Counted from the stretch's first letter, positions 26,519 to 40,024 are shown. The stretch is DNA of 64,000 bases from Oikopleura dioica (GCA_907165135.1 OU015569.1:10478001-10542000); one strand, 5' to 3'. Program-made: numbers and translations. Notes: generated by a model from the letters alone, not told the origin.

Positions 26519-27254
26519 TTTTGCTCTCTTGTTTTTTGGACTTTTTCTTTCTTTCAAGATATTTTGCTATTTTGGTTATGCGATAATCGAAAGTTGTATT
26601 TTTGTCACTGTCTCTGGGCTCTGTTGAGAGGCAGTTATTTCTATCGCAGAGGAGGGAGCTCCCTCCTTTGGCGCAGTGCCAGCGAGAGCCGACGGTGGCG
26701 CTCCTGCTCAGCGGCCACGCGCGATATCGACCTCGCCGCCCAGGCAACCAGCTCAGCCGGCTCTGGATCAGCCCTCTTCAACCTTCTTACCCCATGCCAC
26801 TTCCAAACTGAAGACGCAACAGAACTTATTATCTCTACTCGATTAAATCTTCATTGCTAAATTTGTCAAAATAAACACTTCTCTATTTCTGTTCTCATTT
26901 TGATAGAAAGAGCAGTTTCTATGTCAGTTTAAGAAAATATGTATTAGGTTCAGGAGTTCTTTAGATTTCGAAAAGTTCCTCAAGACATTTAAATTCACTC
27001 AAAAGAGTTCTGTAAAATAAAACCATTATCGAGAAACCTTTTCTTGGGTTTTCAGCTCATGGAATTGTCTTTTCGTATGTTCAACTGTTTACCAGTAATA
27101 TTTGTTAGTATTTTACGTTCCTGAGCTCCTGCCAATAATAATTAGAGAGCCGAGTTCAGGGCTTGACAGGGCGCGGCCGAGACTGGTGACGGGCTTTGTC
27201 AGAAGAAGTTCCTCGTTGGCGGCGTTTCAGCGCGCCGCTTCGCCCTGTCGGTGC

Positions 27255-27395
27255 AACTTTGAAGCGACTAATGACGCCAATCACGTGGTTAATTAGGTGG
27301 TTTGCCTTTTCGTCTGCGCACACATTCTGACACTGGAGCTAATCCAACGGCTACCCTTTATGGTGGTTACCCTTTCATTGCAAATTTCGCGCTTT
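27255..27395 (-). promoter_or_regulatory. Candidate cell-cycle promoter upstream of the CKI gene
   Basis: Clustered TTTCGCGC (E2F-like, 27385), CCAACGG (MYB-like, 27344), CACGTG (27282), CCAAT (27277) and TTTGAA (CHR-like, 27258). Confidence 0.4.
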
Positions 27396-29392
27396 GTTAG
27401 TCGAAAATGTATAATAGGTCAGTTTGGAGTTTACCGATTTTTACACTTGATCTTTTCGTAAATGCCGAGTTTTGGAGCCATCAAAAATCTGCTTCCAAAG
27501 AAGATTTTCATTTTTGAAAGTGTGCAAGCTGAGCAGGAAGTGGAGAAGTACAGACGAAGTTAATTATAGATGCGTAGTTCTCGCTCGCACTTCTTGCAAA
27601 GGTCAGATAAGCCGCAACGCAAAGGATAATGTTGTTTTGTTGCGTTATCAGTTTCAGTTGCGAAGATGGAGATGCAATATGGCTGCTCGCTGCGATTGGA
27701 TCCCTTCCAGATTAATAGAAACGGGTCTATTTTTAGGAATAAGCAATAATCCAGAGTGTGCTGGCAGCCTGTCAGCCAAAAGTATTATTTTTTATGGATA
27801 GGCCAAACAAATGCTGCGCGATAAAAAAAAAACTAAAATGCACCTGAAAGGGAAAGCTAGGGATCAGCCACGGATTAGGAATTTAGGAGTTGAGTAGCCG
27901 ACGAGTTAATATTCTAGCTTTTGTGTGCTTTCACACAGAGAGTTAGAACTCGGGCGATATTTACGTTTGTCCAGCAACTCTTTACTTTTTCTCAGCGCGA
28001 ATTTTGACAAATTGAGAATATCGAATGTAGACTTGGCAGGAGTTGCCCAATCAAGAATTGTATATAAATAATAGCTCCCCTGTTTTGACATAACACGATA
28101 AGCCGACACTAGAATAGACAAATTGGGAATACGCTCGATAAGTCACGAAGCCTCCCAGCGCTAGAACTTTTCCACAGAACTGATGTTATCTCAAATTTAA
28201 GCTTTTATTTGATCTTTTTTTCGAGCAGTCTGAATGCCTCATGAAATTTCCTACTGCTCCGATTCCCTTGAATGGCAAATCTTCGATTGTAGACCCTGAG
28301 CCTAAGAAACTGGCTAGTTGACTTATCAGAGGCTCGAGCGGCGGGTGCACTATTTATCCTCAAGTATCCCTCAGCTGCCGATCAAACGAGGCGCTTTTTG
28401 GCAGTTAGCACCATTTTACACCACCAAGCAGCAATTTCGCGCCGCTCCAGATGTCAACCTATTTGCTCAGGATGATTTTGCCAATACGCAAAACGAAAAT
28501 ACTGCAAAGTCCCTTAATTTCCACAAGAAAAACAAGAGCAAAGTGGGCGTGAAAAGCATTTACACAGCTTCGGTATTGCTTTTCAGCGGAAATAATTTCT
28601 GTTTTGATTTCGTCGCGTGCGCCAGTCTTCGGTCGAAAATCTCTTGTTTTCCTGCGTTCTTGGTCAGCGGCCAAGAAATCCTCTCAGCATTCAAACGCAA
28701 GCTTCCGGGAGATAAGAATTTCCGAAAGCAAGATGTATTCGGAGAAACGTACATTTCGCAGCCTTACTATTTTGCCAAGTCATTCCTTCATTCCGTTTTT
28801 GCTCGTGTTGGTTCTAGTGAAGTTGAACTTATTTTTGATTCCCACGCTTTTTGAGTTCGAGTTCCAGTGTGAGAAATCGAGTCCCTGACGGTGTCAAACT
28901 GAGCAGCTGCAGAAATCGGCTCAGATCCGGTTCGGGGTTCACGGGAGAGCGTAACGAAATCGGATAGATTTTCAGGAAGAGCCGGATGGCTACCGTCGAG
29001 AAAGAGAAGATGCCTGCAGATGGAGCGCGTCCAGCTCCTCACTTGCTCAAGTGCCCAACAATGGAGCCAAGTCGATTAAACTTTCACAATGTTTTTCTTT
29101 TCAATTCCTCCTCTACTTGTCCTCCATCTGTATTTAGAGGGAGCCGGCCACACGTGACCCGCTTTTGTCCATCCCTTGTTTTGGCTTATTAATGATGTGC
29201 AGCCGAAGCTGTGGAGGGCAACAACATCCGGAAGACCGGAACATCGTACCGAAGACGACAACCTGGTAATCTGCTTGGACGAAGCAAGATCAAAGGGCTT
29301 TACCGCCTCCTTTTTTCTAGCTAATCTTTCTTTCTTTAGCCAAAATGTTTTCTTTCAGAACTAAAAAATATTGTCTTATCCATCTTAAACCC

Positions 29393-29451
29393 TTAAGGGT
29401 GTCCCCAACGATCGAGGCCGAGAATGTCAAAATCGTTGGGGACACCCTTAA
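29393..29451. mobile_element. Minimal TTAA-flanked hairpin element (51 bp between TSDs)
   Basis: Perfect 20-bp inverted repeat TTAAGGGTGTCCCCAACGAT (29393-29412) / ATCGTTGGGGACACCCTTAA (29432-29451). Confidence 0.75.
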
Positions 29452-29567
29452 AAATATAGGATCGAGAAAAAAAGGATAGACTTTATTTTTTGATATAAAT
29501 AATAATCTCAATGTGTCAACTAAAGCAGAAAATTCGGCTTGTAATTGCCTGAAACTAAAACACTCAA

Positions 29568-29590
29568 CCTAACCCTAACCCAACCCTAAC
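29568..29590. repeat. Short telomere-like (CCCTAA)n tract
   Basis: CCTAACCCTAACCCAACCCTAAC, about 3.5 imperfect units. Confidence 0.5.
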
Positions 29591-31983
29591 TGAAAAACTA
29601 GAAGTCCTTGCTTGAAGCTTGAAATCTTTTTGGAAAGAGTGATAATCGGAAAACGCAGCGGACGCATTATGCATTCCACTTAAATGGTCATTACCGTCCT
29701 AAATGTCGTACAGCGATGACATTTCCATCTGAAGCCAGCTGCTGGGCCATGGCCAACGATAGGCTTCTGATAACAGTAAAATTTTAACGCTTACTACACA
29801 GATTCTTCACGCGCCGCTCCCAGATAGCTTCTATCCACCGGAAGTTTAGAGGAAATGAGCGACAGTGAGCCACGTGATAATGTCTATTGAGGGGTAATGG
29901 CGCAAATCAACCAACAGCGAAAGCCAATGTCATTTTTTATAAATGACATCCGGTCACTCGGATGTTCATAAAACATCAATCTTGAAAGAAGAAACAAAGA
30001 AAGAAAGAAAAGAAAACTCCAAGGATTTTCATCAAAAAGAAGCTTTTAATATTATTCTTTTTCAATGAAAGAAAATACCCTTGAAACTCGTGAAAACTCA
30101 TAAAAATTGAGAACAGTTGGATTTGCAAACGAGAAAGTACCTGTAAAAAGGTGTTTGCGACATATTTTGCAAATTTCAAATTTGAAGGGGATGCTACTAA
30201 GCGCTGTTAATCCCCACACTCGAAACAATTTGGCGCGTGCTTTTTTTGATGCTCCAAATTTTGAAAAAAAAATACTAAAAATTTCGATTTGCCAACTGTA
30301 GCCGGGGCACTTCGCTTTGATCGCGCCGCTGTGGGGGCCTCTTGAGGAGTACCTCTGAAATCCTCGCCGTTTTTTTTCGCTCAAGAGGGGATTCGATAAA
30401 AATTATTAAAGGACGCGTGCGAGAGTCAAGGGTTTGCTCTGACATTGTCACTGCCAGTCACATTGGATTGATGAAGTTGAAGCACACTTTTGAGAGCAAG
30501 AAAATGAATTGAAAATTTCAGCGGCGGAAATTTACTTTTGCAACGCGAAATTGGCTTGTGGCTGGTGGGACAGAGTAATGATGTCAGGATTAGGGCACAA
30601 TGTGCTCGCGATTAGTAAAAAACTGCGAATTTTGTTATCTTGTTTTCTCGTTCTGGAGTTTTTCCAACTTCTCTTCTCCACTGAATCGGATGAAAAACAA
30701 GATATCAATATCTGAATCTTCGCCTTTCGGTGCCAAGAAATGAAGTCATGCTCAATAAAATCCGACTGATAAAAAATACTCTATCTATCTATTTAATACA
30801 CAAATATTGTATGGATCGGGGCCTATCTTTTTTATTTTTTTCATTGAAGAAATTGCCAAGCTTATGGTTTTAGCTAAGTTTTGTCATTTCAAAATGGCAA
30901 CAGTATGCGCCCAAAAAGGTTACAGACACGGTAGCCTTCTGGAGCTCGATATTTTTTGAGATCCGTTGAGCACTTTTAGTTTGATGATCTTCACAGCACT
31001 TTTCGACTGATCGGTTCTTTGGTGAAGATCCAAATCCGCGGTGCAAAGGAGGCCGCCTCGATTTGGATTGGGATGATCCTCGCTAATGATCCCACTGGGG
31101 GTCTGGCTAAGCCCTCAGATGCTTCTTCGGATAATTTAACACGGAGCCTCTTCCCTTATTACGGCTGGGAACAGATTGATCCCCAATTAACTCGTAAACC
31201 TGCCACTCCTGCCTCGCCAGAGTGCGAAATCCAGGACGAAAAAAGTAAGTCGAGGATTAGAATATCTCATAATTGGCACAGAAAGCCTGCTACGTAACCT
31301 GCTCACTCAAAATCACGGCCAAGGAAAAAGCAGAAATCATAAATATTTGCCCAATAAAGCTATAAAACGTCAAGTTAAACAGGAATTCCGCGGTCAGAAA
31401 CAACAGTTTGCGTCCCCAACAATAAAACACAACATTGAAAACAGGCATTGACAATTCATCCGGCGGTTCTGGCAAAATATCAAAGTTATGGTTGTTTATT
31501 TAAAACTTTTTAAATGGCGGATATGCAAAATTTTAAAGCGGGCGCGGACGCGAAATCGTTTCTGAGCGGATTTGCATCGCCCTTCCGATTCTGAACAGCC
31601 CAGTCCAGCGCGTATAAATCCTTTTTAGATCCGCTCTCATCCTTTTCCTTTAAATTTGTTTCTTTCTCAAGAAGTGTCTAAGCATAAAAACGGAGCAGGT
31701 GGAGGACATACACACTTCTCGCTTTGACGCGGAATGACACGGGCATACGGTGCACCTTCTGTCGATATTTGGGGTTAAGGATCACATCAAAGACGTTCTA
31801 AATGATCATGTCCCGGGGTTCACCTCTTTGAACATCTTTTCAATTTTTCTTTTTTGAAATTTTGGAAGACGCGCGCGCGGAGAGATCGATGCTCATACGA
31901 GCTCATACGAAATTAAATCGATCCCGAACACAGCTGTCGCCCGGGTTTATAATTTCGAATACAAAAGTCATCCAGCAGCGTTA

Positions 31984-32774
31984 CTGGCCCAAGATTGGAC
32001 TTCAATGGCTATAAAATTCATGTAGTTTAAGATTTATACTCTTTTTTTCAAAAGTTAAAAGACCTAACCGATATTTTTCTACAACACCTTTTTCTGAAGC
32101 TCACGTAAATTTTGCGAGTTTCTAGTTGAGTATTTTGACTGCAGTAACTGTTTTTTAAAGCTGGAAGACAAATATTTCTTGCTTGGTACTTTCCAATAAT
32201 CTGTCTTTCCGCGTCCACCTGAGCGTTCAGATTAATTGGTAAATGGCCAAGGAATTTCCCCTCGATCATTTTCAAGAGCTTAGATCATTATACATTGACA
32301 AGAGCTACTTATCCATTGACGCGGTAATTAACGCGGCACCTGCCGATGTTTTCGGTGCTGCGTCCATTCTACCGTAATTACCATTCGATAATAAGCCGAT
32401 TCGTAACATTCTAGCGCGCTCTAAAATCCCCATCATTCATCGATGCCAGAACGCGATCAAAGCGGACCGCCGCTGTCGAAATTTGTCCTGACTCTAATTA
32501 GATAATCGGAATAAAAGAAGCTTTGGCGCTGCTTTCACTTCCAGGCGACTTTAGTTAACTAAACGTTATTCTTCATGGTAGTTAGCTATTCAGGTGGCTC
32601 TTCGTAAGCCGCAGCGCAAATCCGTTCCGAATAGAGCTCCGATACAAAAGACTTTGATCTCAGTACGTTCTGGCGCGGGGCCAGGTCCTTTCAGAAAGTG
32701 ATATCTCCTAATACCCGAGCATAAATCTTAAACTACACGAATTTTATAGCCATTGAAGTCCGATCTAAGACCAG
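31984..32774. mobile_element. Inverted-repeat-bounded element (probable non-autonomous DNA transposon)
   Basis: 58-bp arms at 31984-32041 and 32717-32774 with 6 mismatches. True termini and TSD not resolved. Confidence 0.6.
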
Positions 32775-34925
32775 CTTGCCTGTCAAATGGATGAAGTGAT
32801 TTCTCACTACGAAAAAAATGACATCAGAACTTGTTGAAAATATAATCCTTTGATCTCCCTTTTCCGGTCGCTTAATAAAACAATTGTGTATTAAAAAGTG
32901 GTGTAATAGTTGTATATTGGTTTTGAGGTGATGAGGAATCTCTCTGGCTTCTCAGATGCGCCGCCACCTTAGATGACCTTATCGAGCCTCACACCCTTAA
33001 CACCACTTAGCCTACTTTTTGTCGGCTTGGCTCGGCACTTCAACAGATACATGTTATCTGTTAGGGCGAGCAACACTTTGCTCCCGCTCCTCCAAATCCG
33101 ACTTTTCTCACCATATCTATCTAGGGTGTTTATGGGGATGGGAGAGGACAGATAACGGAAGTCTGGAGGGGAAGTCACTCCACTTTAGTTTTTTTTTTTT
33201 TTTTCTAAAAGGTGGCCCAATAGTCGACCGAGTGCCAATTTTTTTTATTATGAATCTTCGTTGGGAAAAAATCGGAGCGCGAAAAATTATGTCCGACACG
33301 AGTGGGATGATCAGCCCGTGATCAGATTTACGCTGAACCTGCGCCGCACACCTGAGTTTGTTTAGCCACTCACGTTCTCATGCTCAGGCGCCAAGTTTAA
33401 ACTCGAGCTGCAAGCGCCAAATGCAGACTTAGGGGGGATCAACCTTGAGTCTCACCACAGAGACAAACATGGGAAAAGCAAGGCGCTTTTGATGTTTAGG
33501 CATCATTACAGTTGGCTAACTGGGCAAATATCAAGATTTTTAGGCAGTTTTTGCTTAAAAATATTTCATCCGCGGATCAATTTATTTCGGAACTGACCCA
33601 CTTTTTTGCCACAAATGGAAGAAAAAAAATTATCGAACATCTGACCCGGGTGTGTGCCCAAATTGCGAAAATTGGCTTATCCCCGTTCGTCTGTCGATTT
33701 GCCTTCTGCCAAATTAACGATTTTCGCTGCGTTGATTTCACAATTGGAAAAATTCGCTGGTGAAAGGCTCCATTAAGGATTTAGCCAAACAAAAACGATT
33801 TGTCCCGGGCTGGGTATATTTTGTGCTTGGTGGAGCACGAAGCAATTCCAGAGACGATGAGTTACCTCCGCTGCTATGCCCTGCCAAGTGGACGACTATT
33901 CAGCCCTTTTTTCCGGCTAAGTGCTTCACACGGCTCCTTTGTCTGGAATGCTGCGATTTTATTTAAGAACGACAAAGACACAATTGGTAAAATTATTTAT
34001 TTATTATAGATTATTTGGTGGTGAGAAAACGTATTTGGACCTTTCCTTTTGATCCAACGATTCATTACATCTATGAATGGAGATGATGAAATTTCATTTT
34101 ATAATCATTTTAAATTAATTCATTTTAATAATCAGGGATATTTATATCCTGAAGTTTTTTTATTTAGCACATGTCGTGGTCTGTTTTCATAAAATCGACT
34201 TCGTTCCAATTGTTCTTCATCAGTTCACAGTATCAAGTCAAGATTTAGACAGGTTTTTTGAACTAGCTCTGAAGTTCATTCCAGATGTAGAGTTCTTCTG
34301 TTGTTACTCGACTGTTCATTATGGTTCTAGTGTCGTTGAGTGATCATCTTGTTACAATTATACACAGCCTGAAATTCTCAGTTGAAACATATATAAAAAA
34401 GCTTCTCAAAGTTTTCTCATTTTATTTTTGATGCTTTTTGCTAGAAATCCGCGCATTTATACCCAAAATCAGCTGCTACTTCTTATCACCCGGCAAGGGG
34501 AGCGTCAGGGCGCACCCAAAAATTTTCCATTATTCAAGGTCAGCCCCTGTCTTATCGCCTTTTTATACGCCTGTTGATCGCCAGTATCTGCTACCAAAGT
34601 CCTCAATTACAAAATTTAAAATGAAGAACAAGTCTTTCATCCTTTGACTCCAAAGAGAAAAGACTCCAGTGAACACTTGCTTTACTAATTGATTACATTC
34701 ATAAAAAATAAACTCAAAATATACACAAAGAAGAGAGATTTTTTCGAATGATTTATTATTTTTTTTTTCTTCGCAAGCTGGGCCAGAGGGTCTTAGTAAG
34801 CGTTAGAATTAAAATTGAAAGAATTTCGTGTAGTTGTTAGTAGATTGTTGTTTTTTTTATTGGATTCTTGTGATTATGGCCTCGATGAGCTAGTTGTGCC
34901 TGTGAGTAATGAATGAAGTCGCCTC

Positions 34926-36035
34926 CTAGTCCAGGGTGTTGTCGAAGGACCTGGATCTAGTACGGTTTCTCGTGTGAGGACTAATTGCGAGGTCAGAGTG
35001 CATGTGAGATTGATTGTGCATTGCTCGGACTTCGGCCCCTGGCTTGGCCAGCTCCCCAGCCGCCATCGACGTCTCGTCCAGCATTTGACGCACTTCGGCG
35101 ATCTTGCTGTTGAGCGCTTCACGATCCATGTTTTGCATCTGCAGTTGCTTCCGGTATTGGTCTGAAATTTGGCAATGAAGAAATAGGAAATAGAATAAAT
35201 CACAAAATATAAAATCGCCGCTCTCCGGCAGCGCGCTCGTAACAAATTCGCAGTTCCGGTAATACGAATCGTGATTTTTAGTTGTTGGAACTTACCCAGA
35301 TTCTGACGGAAGTGCTTGATTTCGCCGTGGACTTCGGCTAGGTTCCCGTCCAGATCGCGTTTGCCTCCCTCGTTCATATTCAGCAAGCGGCGGATTTGGA
35401 CGACTATGATTGATATTTTTGCAATGCAGAGCGTTTATGTTTCCGTACCTCGTTGGAAAATGAGCGCTCGCTCTTTCTTCCATTCATTCATCTTCTGTTG
35501 CCGCCTTTGTGCCATTTCGTAGAGCTCAGACACCTGAGCTTGGCCTTGGGGAGGCGGCAGGTCCAGTAAATGAGCGATCATCTGCTCGGCTTTTTGCCCT
35601 CTAAAATGCGTATTTGGCGAGGTATTAAATTGTGCATAAAAAGGACGCATTCGAACGATGCAGAGACGATTCTTTACTGGCCTGAGTATTTGCCTTGCAG
35701 AAGATTCTTCTACTAAACGTTTAGTAGAAGGAATTCCGTGTTATTTAACCTCCTAAACAAACTACTGCATTCCAGTTACAAAAATCGGTATAAACTTAAA
35801 TTGTCGAATATCGCTTCAAATATTATTTGCGCGCGATAAGAAGCCAACATGACAAGAAGCAAGCGTCGAAGGAAGTTATCTGTGTGTACCTTGTCATCCA
35901 ATGTTCGGTGAGCGCCTTCATTTCATCAATGACGCCGAAGACTTGCTCCTTTCCGGCCTTCCATTCTTCTGATTCCGCCGCTTGTCGCGCCCGCGGCGAC
36001 TTCCCGAAATCGGCGTAAGGATCCGGGGAGGCCAT
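34926..36035 (-). CDS. Uncharacterised coiled-coil protein, 4 exons, ~245 aa
   Basis: Phase-consistent GT-AG exons: MASPDPYADFG..EHWMT|RPVKNRLC..IFQR|VVQIRRLLNMNE..RQNL|DQYRKQLQMQNMDREALNSKIAEVRQML..NTLD*. Confidence 0.7.
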
Positions 36036-39000
36036 CTTTCTGTTCTTGCTTTCTGCGCTTGCTTCCCGGAAGATGAATTTGAAATACTCTCTACTCGTTT
36101 TCGAAATGGCGAAAAGAGGAAAACGCGGCTCGCTGGACAGCTGTTTGCTCGTGCTCTTCGTGCTCTCGAGAATCCGCTCTGAACGGGTGAATCTAAAGGC
36201 TCCGGGTGTGTAAAAAAATTTGGCAAATATCAAATATCACTATGCCCTGAGTAACAATTCAAATAGACAGTATAAACATGAGTGATTTAAACACGCAAAA
36301 ATTGAATTGAACGAATTTCGGGCGCCCCTGCGTTTTTTCTTTTTCTTTTTTGGGGAGATAGTGACAATGAGCACCATTGAAGACCCGGAACTGCTAGAGC
36401 TAGCTTATTTTTTTAAACTCTCTGTGGGACGTCCTATTTTTTCTAAACCAGCTAGTCCCTGATTTGGAGATTGAGCATTTCTATTAAATATTGCAAAGCG
36501 AAAGAAAAGTGGTATTGATCTCCCCCCGCACCGAGCCACTAAATTCTTTTTAGAGCCCATCTATCACTCCGCTTAAAATATAATAAATTTGCCTCTCTGA
36601 AGATATAGGTCCATAAATTAAAAAGAGAAAGGGCGGCGACTCTTTGTTTTTTTTTCATTTTTATCAATTATTAATGCATTTTTCGTAAGAATACCAGTCT
36701 TTTAATAAATTTATTCTACAAAAAAACGCAAATTTTCGAAATTCTTCGAAGACCTCATGCTTCATTCTTTTGAGAATTCCCTCACAAAGTGTATTAAGGG
36801 AGCGTTTGCGCAATTCTTGGATTTAGGGGGCATTTTATCGACATTTTGAGGCACTTTCGGAATAATTTGAATCGTCAATATCAGTAGAAATGTTACCTAG
36901 AAGAGTTTCTTTCTCTGAGTTTTCCTTCGTTTCTGAAATCTCACAAGTAAGTAGCGAAACACTTCTGTGAGCTTGTCCAAGCTAATTGAGCCCGATTAGT
37001 CTGTCAAGCACCGCCCGTTCATAAGTGCTTGATTTCAGCTTGATAAACTCGACTTTGCCAATTTCAAAATTGAGTGATTCAAAAAAATGGTTTCGAGGTT
37101 TCGAGTTTTGGCAACAGTAATCGAGCAAGGAGCTCGACAAAGTCTTCTTGGCAACACGAATTGACACCGCGAATGTTTCATTTTTGAACTTGAACAACAA
37201 AAAAAGCAACAGAAACAGAAGTAGAGCAACATATGGAAAAAGTAGACTCTACAACGGTAATTGTTGTTCAAGGTCGGCGTTATCGAAAACGATGTATCGT
37301 AATCGATACGTTTCCAAGCGAGACTACTTCTCTTTGAGCTTGTACTCGATACAGTTCTCCAAACTTGAACGGGATGAAAGTCGGTGCGCGCGTGTTACGC
37401 AACGCCCGACGGACTTGGAAAGATCAAAGCGCACTACCTCAAGCTCCAGCTGCTCTGCCAGGCCATTTAAAGGCTTGGATCATCCATTTTTTTAGCGTTT
37501 CCAGCGCTGGGAAACTTGATTCTCGTCAAAAAATGTATTACATTTTGACAAAGTGTCCAATTTGAGATCTTCGAAAGTCTATTATGATGAGAAATAATCG
37601 AAAAGTTTTTGTTGTAATCTAGTACCTTTCCCAGGGCTAGGCCTAACCTTCTTTACTATTAATCCTTCTTCGAGTGAAAATAAACGAATTCAGCATGCAT
37701 TGGCGCGCTGCCAATGCGAGGAGGAGGAGCGCAAGAAATTCGCAAAATTCCTATCGCGGTGTAAAGCGATCGTAATGACGGTCGATTACAACTTTCTTCC
37801 TGCTACGCTGATTTGGAATCCGTGCGAGCGGAGAGAATCCAGTAAATGTTAGATAAAGTGTCCGATCTGTTAAAGAAACGCTTATCAATCTGCCACGAGC
37901 GTTGGCGCCGGAAGATGCTTCAAAGAGGCCTCGGCAGCGTCACGTCCGTAAAGAGAGTTTTCCGTTTTTTAGCACTGGAAACCTGGAAAGAATCCAATTA
38001 GTTTGTATAATGAGAAACATGTTTTATTCTTCCGCTGCGATTCTAAGAGCTAAGCAAGGGCCAAAGGGATTCATTGAACTGTCAATTCAATAATCGGACT
38101 CTTGGTCGTTTGATGAAGTAATTAGTAGTATCTGTTGAATACTGTATCGAAATCGCAAAATTATGCGAATTCAAAGAGAGCGACGGGAACTTTCCCGCAG
38201 CGCTGCACAGCGTGAGAGCCGCCCTCATTCAGATCGAGTTCCATACATAATCTTGAATTAATGTGTGTATTCGCGCAGCAAATATGGCCAACGAAATACT
38301 TAAATATTGTGTAACGACTTGAGAAAATACATCTTCGAAAATCGTCGATAATGTCAAAAAAACTCAGCTGTTGTTGCTTTACGGTAGCTCTCTTTTTCGA
38401 GTCGGATACTCGAACAGGCCGAGTGACAAAATGTTTGACGGAGGAGAAAGATAGCATCGCAATCCGCTCTTTTATGTTCAAACATGGAAGATTTTTCATC
38501 AACGATTTCGAGAAAAGAAGAGTCTGAGAAACACTAGAAAATTCATTTTGACATATGTAATGAAAGTATCAAATTCGATGCTGAATTGGCACTAAAGACG
38601 AGTTCCGTGCGCTGGATTTGATTTCGATACATGTGAAGAGCGAGCTTTTCTCATGGCGGTTTTTGATTTTTATTTCTAAAAATGACAATCACGAAACTAT
38701 AAATAGTAAAAAAACGCTTTCCATGTCATAGCGAAAAGTGTCGGAGGCTGCTTTGATGTGGACACAGGTGAAACCGCGCTGGTGAAACGATGTAAGCGTT
38801 ATCGCTTCCAGTTTCACGCCGAGCTAAGAGATAAAAAAGACCCTTCTCAACTCAACCCATTTCAAACAAGAAAAAAAACTGCGAAAACGTCGCAATTAGC
38901 AGCCTCTAAGTAAATCCTGTTTCCGCGAATGGCAATTATTTCCGTGAATTACTTGGCGGCGTCTTTTCAAAAAGACCACCTTTCTTACAAAATTCAAAAA

Positions 39001-40024
39001 GTTGCGTTTTTCTCAATTTTTGCGACTCTCGAGAGTCTCGGCAGGCGACTTTTTAATAAAGCGACTTTTCGATGAAGCAATATTCGCAGCATGATATTAT
39101 TAAATAATATTATTTAATGAAAACGTCAAATAGAGCTTCCCTCAGTGCTCGAGAAGAGGTCAAGCTGGAGTTGGCCAGCTCGCGACTCAGCAGGTGCGCA
39201 AATGTTTATCAGCCACGGGACTCTTTAATTTCAGCTCGCGGTCGCTCGGAGTATCGCATTCGGAGTTACGCTACTTCTTCTTGGCAGCTGCCCATCTTCG
39301 AACCCCGTATCGCTTGTAGCCCAGTAAATAAGCCCCTTGATGCTGCTGATGCTGCTGCTGCTCGACATCGCCCGGTAAATACCCCTTGTTGTGGTTTAAT
39401 TCTTGGGTTAACGCCGGCTGACCTGAACTTCGCCAAATTTTACAACTTTTGCAAAAATTGTAATTTGCTCGTAAGGGCTTGTAGCCTAAACAAAGTACCC
39501 CACGCGTGAAGCCAAGCGCCCTTCTGTTAACATATGCATCCGTGAGCACTTTTGTGATTACATTCTTACTCCTGCGCAAATTTCAAAATTCAAGCAATTT
39601 CTTTGCATCGATTCATGCCAAGAAATCGTCAAGAGTCGTGTAGAGAAATTATTTTATTGCAAAAATAGAAAATGAAATGAAAAAAAAAATAAAAAGGTTA
39701 TAAATTAAAAATAAAATAGACACAGTAGATTGGTTCTCTTCAATATTTGTAGCAAAGATAAGCGGTAGCGCCAATCAGGGCAACCTAAAATACATTTCCG
39801 ATAAAAATTTCCTACAATACATCTTACGGCCAGAGCGATCTCGGAGACTTCCTGCCAGCTATTTTCTTTAGGGGCCGCTGACACGGGGGGGATCGCCGGT
39901 GGAATTTCAATGGGTTGCGCCTAATAAGTTTTAATTGAAATTAAAAACGATAATGATAAGTTCGATCCATTACTTTCTGGTGACCAGATTCTGGTCTCAT
40001 TTGCTGTGAGGATCATTACCTTTT

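Noticed and set aside
28270-28680. Minus-strand peptides faintly like a RhoGEF DH domain (EIISAEKQY, IGKIILSK) or a SET motif (GNFMRHS)
   Set aside because: Motif spacing is wrong, there are in-frame stops, and no coherent exon chain could be built.
37000-39600. Several 60-130 aa ORFs on both strands
   Set aside because: No recognisable motifs and no consistent exon phases.
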